DNA from: a virus
Lineage: Duplodnaviria; Heunggongvirae; Uroviricota; Caudoviricetes
Length of the DNA stretch: 52,705 bases
Strand: one strand, 5' to 3'
IMG/VR virus record: IMGVR_UViG_3300035042_000139
In this document: one piece after another, positions 50,420 to 52,705 of the stretch
How positions within the stretch are numbered: position 1 is the first letter of the stretch
Layout of the letters: each line of letters begins with the position of its first letter
Position numbers and translations under genes: made by a program
Notes under the pieces: model-generated
Told to the model about the DNA's origin: nothing
Database searches by the model: none
The model's input: only the letters and a program-made list of their open reading frames with translations

Positions 50420-50950
50420 ATGATGGATGTGGATGACTGCGAAAAAGCAGCTCATTGTAAAAATGCAAATGAAAGATGTCTTTTTTGTGATGGACGCTCT
50501 CAATATAAAGAAGTTAAATATAAAAACTACAACTCAATGAGTAAGTATAAAACGCCCTCTAAAAAGAAGAAAGGGATGGGTTTAGAGGAAAAAGTAAGAA
50601 CAGAGTATAATCAGTACATGGCTAAAAGAATGCCCCTATCTGGAGGAATAACAGGTCTTGAGGGCGATGTTAAAACTGTGCACACATTAATTGAATGCAA
50701 AGAAAAAAACGTTAAATCAGGTGGCAAAAAACAAATAACAATTAAAAAAGAATGGCATGACCAAATTGAAGACGAAGCCTTTAATCATGGTTTAATACCT
50801 ATTTTAATATATGGATTCAATGTTGAGGGAGAAAGTGATTATGATATGGAGGAGGTGTATTTTTCTACAAAATACGAGTACTTATTAGAACTACTTCATA
50901 AAGTAAAATACCTAGAAGAAAAAATAAACAGACTAGAAAAGGAAGATTAA
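50420..50950 (+). CDS. PD-(D/E)XK nuclease, Holliday junction resolvase-like
   Basis: GMGLEEKV, RMPLSGG...GDV, LIECKE, ITIKKEW. Confidence 0.75.
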   Translation: MMDVDDCEKAAHCKNANERCLFCDGRSQYKEVKYKNYNSMSKYKTPSKKKKGMGLEEKVRTEYNQYMAKRMPLSGGITGLEGDVKTVHTLIECKEKNVKSGGKKQITIKKEWHDQIEDEAFNHGLIPILIYGFNVEGESDYDMEEVYFSTKYEYLLELLHKVKYLEEKINRLEKED

Positions 50951-50951
50951 A

Positions 50952-51441
50952 ATGGCTAAATACGGTGATGAATTTTTTAGATGTCCAAATTGTAACTATC
51001 CTTACTTTAAATTTGATGAAATTTACTTGATTGCTAAAGATGTTGGGCTTGATTATCCTACAGCTCAATCAAGAGTTTTAAATAAAAAAACAGTTTTAGT
51101 ATGTGCCGACTGCGGCAAAAAATATACAAGAGAGGAACTACTTAATAATGAATAACGAAAAAGTTGAAAAAGAAGATGTAAAAAAAGAGGCACTTGAGGG
51201 TTTTAAGATGTGGCTTGATGATGTTGGTATTGGCTCAGAAAATTTTGATGAAGAAATTTATGATACAGTTTTACTGCTATCATTATATCAAAATTACCAA
51301 TTCCAAGTTGAACAGTACATGAGAATGCAGGAAGCTGAGGAGAATAAAAAGGGCAGCAAGTTATTTGTGCCTGAAGATGCTGTAGACAAAAAGAAAAAAG
51401 GAAATGGCAAAATAATTAGACCAGACTTTGGAAATAAATAA
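50952..51441 (+). CDS. zinc-ribbon protein (50952-51155) and hypothetical protein (51148-51441)
   Basis: CPNC...CADC; RBSs. Confidence 0.7.
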
Positions 51442-51471
51442 AAAAATGGCCCGGATAAAACCGGGCTTTTT
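51441..51471. terminator. bidirectional terminator between convergent genes
   Basis: A-run, GCCCGG-ATAAAA-CCGGGC, T-run. Confidence 0.8.
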
Positions 51472-51472
51472 C

Positions 51473-51883
51473 TTACTGCTTTAAATCAACGTAAACTGTT
51501 TTGTGTTCTTCATTAAAAGAAGCTTTGTATCTTTTTACTATATTGTCTTTTTGTCCTGAAATTTCTGTTATCTTTTCTACAAGTGGGCTTGAAATAACGA
51601 CTTTAGATTCGCTAGTTTTATTTCCTTGTTTTTTGGCAGGGTAGCCAAGCTCATCATTGGAGTTAGTACATTCCAAGATAAGATAACGATTGTCATAAAA
51701 GCCAAAACGCAGATAGCCAAGACAGTCTATAAAATAATTTTTGACTAAAGCAGAGTTGAAATAAATCCTGTTTGAAGCATGTTTTGTGCTGACTGAAATA
51801 AACTCATCTTTGTTTGAACACTTGCTATTTTCTTTTTGAGGGTTGAACCAATAAAGTTTATTTTTATCAAATTCATCGCTCAT
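51473..51883 (-). CDS. hypothetical protein, paralog family member; only credible minus-strand gene
   Basis: GGAGG RBS on the minus strand, own promoter; ISV...RIYFNSAL...LRFGF.DNRYLILE. Confidence 0.8.
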   Translation of the reverse strand: MSDEFDKNKLYWFNPQKENSKCSNKDEFISVSTKHASNRIYFNSALVKNYFIDCLGYLRFGFYDNRYLILECTNSNDELGYPAKKQGNKTSESKVVISSPLVEKITEISGQKDNIVKRYKASFNEEHKTVYVDLKQ

Positions 51884-51917
51884 AATATATCAATCCTCCA
51901 ATTTTGCTAGTATTGAT

Positions 51918-51946
51918 ATTATAACATTCATAAAAAAGAAATGCAA
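51918..51946 (-). promoter_or_regulatory. sigmaA-type promoter
   Basis: Minus strand TTGCAT, 17 bp, TG-n-TATAAT. Confidence 0.8.
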
Positions 51947-51979
51947 AAAAACCCAAAAAATATAAAAAGGAGGTGTAAA

Positions 51980-52336
51980 ATGCCTAAAAAACATTGTAAA
52001 AATTGTAAACATTCTAGAAATATAGAAAGTATTGTAACTGAAGATTTTCAGATAATACCTGAGCTAAATGAATGTTCTAATGCACATGTTACTATTAAAT
52101 TTATGGAGTCACATGATTGGGACGAAAGTGAGTTGGCAAAAAATTGCGAACATTATGAACCAAAACCAGTTGGTAAATGTTCAAACTGTGATTATTATAT
52201 TGCAACACCAATACATCAATGGAGTATGTTTGTCAAAACTCTTTATGGAAAAGTTCCCGTTTGTTCAGAAAAATGCAAAGAAGAGCTTGATGAAAAAATG
52301 AAAAAATATTTTAAAAAAATTGATAATAAAAACTAA
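51980..52336 (+). CDS. Cys-rich hypothetical protein
   Basis: AGGAGGT RBS, MPKKHCKNC..., several Cys pairs. Confidence 0.7.
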   Translation: MPKKHCKNCKHSRNIESIVTEDFQIIPELNECSNAHVTIKFMESHDWDESELAKNCEHYEPKPVGKCSNCDYYIATPIHQWSMFVKTLYGKVPVCSEKCKEELDEKMKKYFKKIDNKN

Positions 52337-52341
52337 AGAAC

Positions 52342-52370
52342 TTGAATAATTTAGTTTTGTTTGATATACT
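52342..52370 (+). promoter_or_regulatory. sigmaA-type promoter
   Basis: TTGAAT, 17 bp, TG-n-TATACT. Confidence 0.75.
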
Positions 52371-52400
52371 TAACTTAAGAATAAAAAAGGAGGCTTCAAA

Positions 52401-52705
52401 ATGGAAAATAGAGCTACTGTTTATGATATAAATACCGAAGCAAAAGAAAAGGTTGAGGAAATAGATGAGGTCGGAAGCAAGAAAGATTTAGCAACACTTT
52501 ATTCTAAAGTAGCAAAAATTATGGGTAAAGTAGGTAAAATAAAAAAGAGTGGTTACAACAAATATGATGATTATGAATATGCAACAGCTGAAGATATTAA
52601 AGAAGCGCTAAGGCCATTATGTGCTGAAGAAAATTTATGGATTTCAAGTGAAGTAAAGGGATACAGCAAAAAGCAGGTCCAAACTCAAAGAGGTAACTCA
52701 ACAGA
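52401..52705 (+). CDS. ERF-family ssDNA-annealing protein (3' partial)
   Basis: AGGAGG RBS; IKKSGYNKYDDYEYATAEDIKEALRP matches the ERF N-terminal motif; runs off the window. Confidence 0.8.
   Translation, partial: MENRATVYDINTEAKEKVEEIDEVGSKKDLATLYSKVAKIMGKVGKIKKSGYNKYDDYEYATAEDIKEALRPLCAEENLWISSEVKGYSKKQVQTQRGNST

Noticed and set aside
1339-51068. Numerous short minus-strand ORFs in the track
   Set aside because: Shadows of well-supported plus-strand genes, with no RBS or promoter

Overview
AT-rich, gene-dense segment, almost all on the + strand, of a large phage (or prophage-like element). The host is probably a Firmicute, and the many acidic proteins suggest a halophilic one (inference). 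No structural genes are in the window. It holds early/accessory and DNA-metabolism genes: NADAR, macrodomain, BRO, two SSBs, CYTH, NeuB, RNA ligase, HAD phosphatase, PhoH, SNF2, RtcB, SprT, ArdA, RecA, beta clamp, intein-containing UvrD and ThyX, dUTPase, DnaG, a resolvase-like nuclease and ERF. The outstanding feature is a predicted transcription unit from a promoter at 9217-9245 to a terminator at 13452-13482. It contains one intact tRNA-Ser and nine small RNA units sharing a helix + CAGCAA motif. Five units are tRNA bodies with the motif inserted into the anticodon arm. Four are stand-alone stem-loops carrying the same motif in circularly permuted form, and two of these clearly (a third weakly) display an isolated anticodon stem-loop. 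The array ends directly at a DUF2828 (TROVE/Ro60-like + vWA) gene, with an RNA ligase two genes further on. This looks like a Ro60/Y-RNA-analogous RNP carrying anticodon decoys or tRNA mimics; the function is inference and novelty could not be checked without databases. The same unit also holds an orphan IS200/IS605 right end/omegaRNA, a kissing-loop ncRNA and a CCA-ended mini-hairpin.
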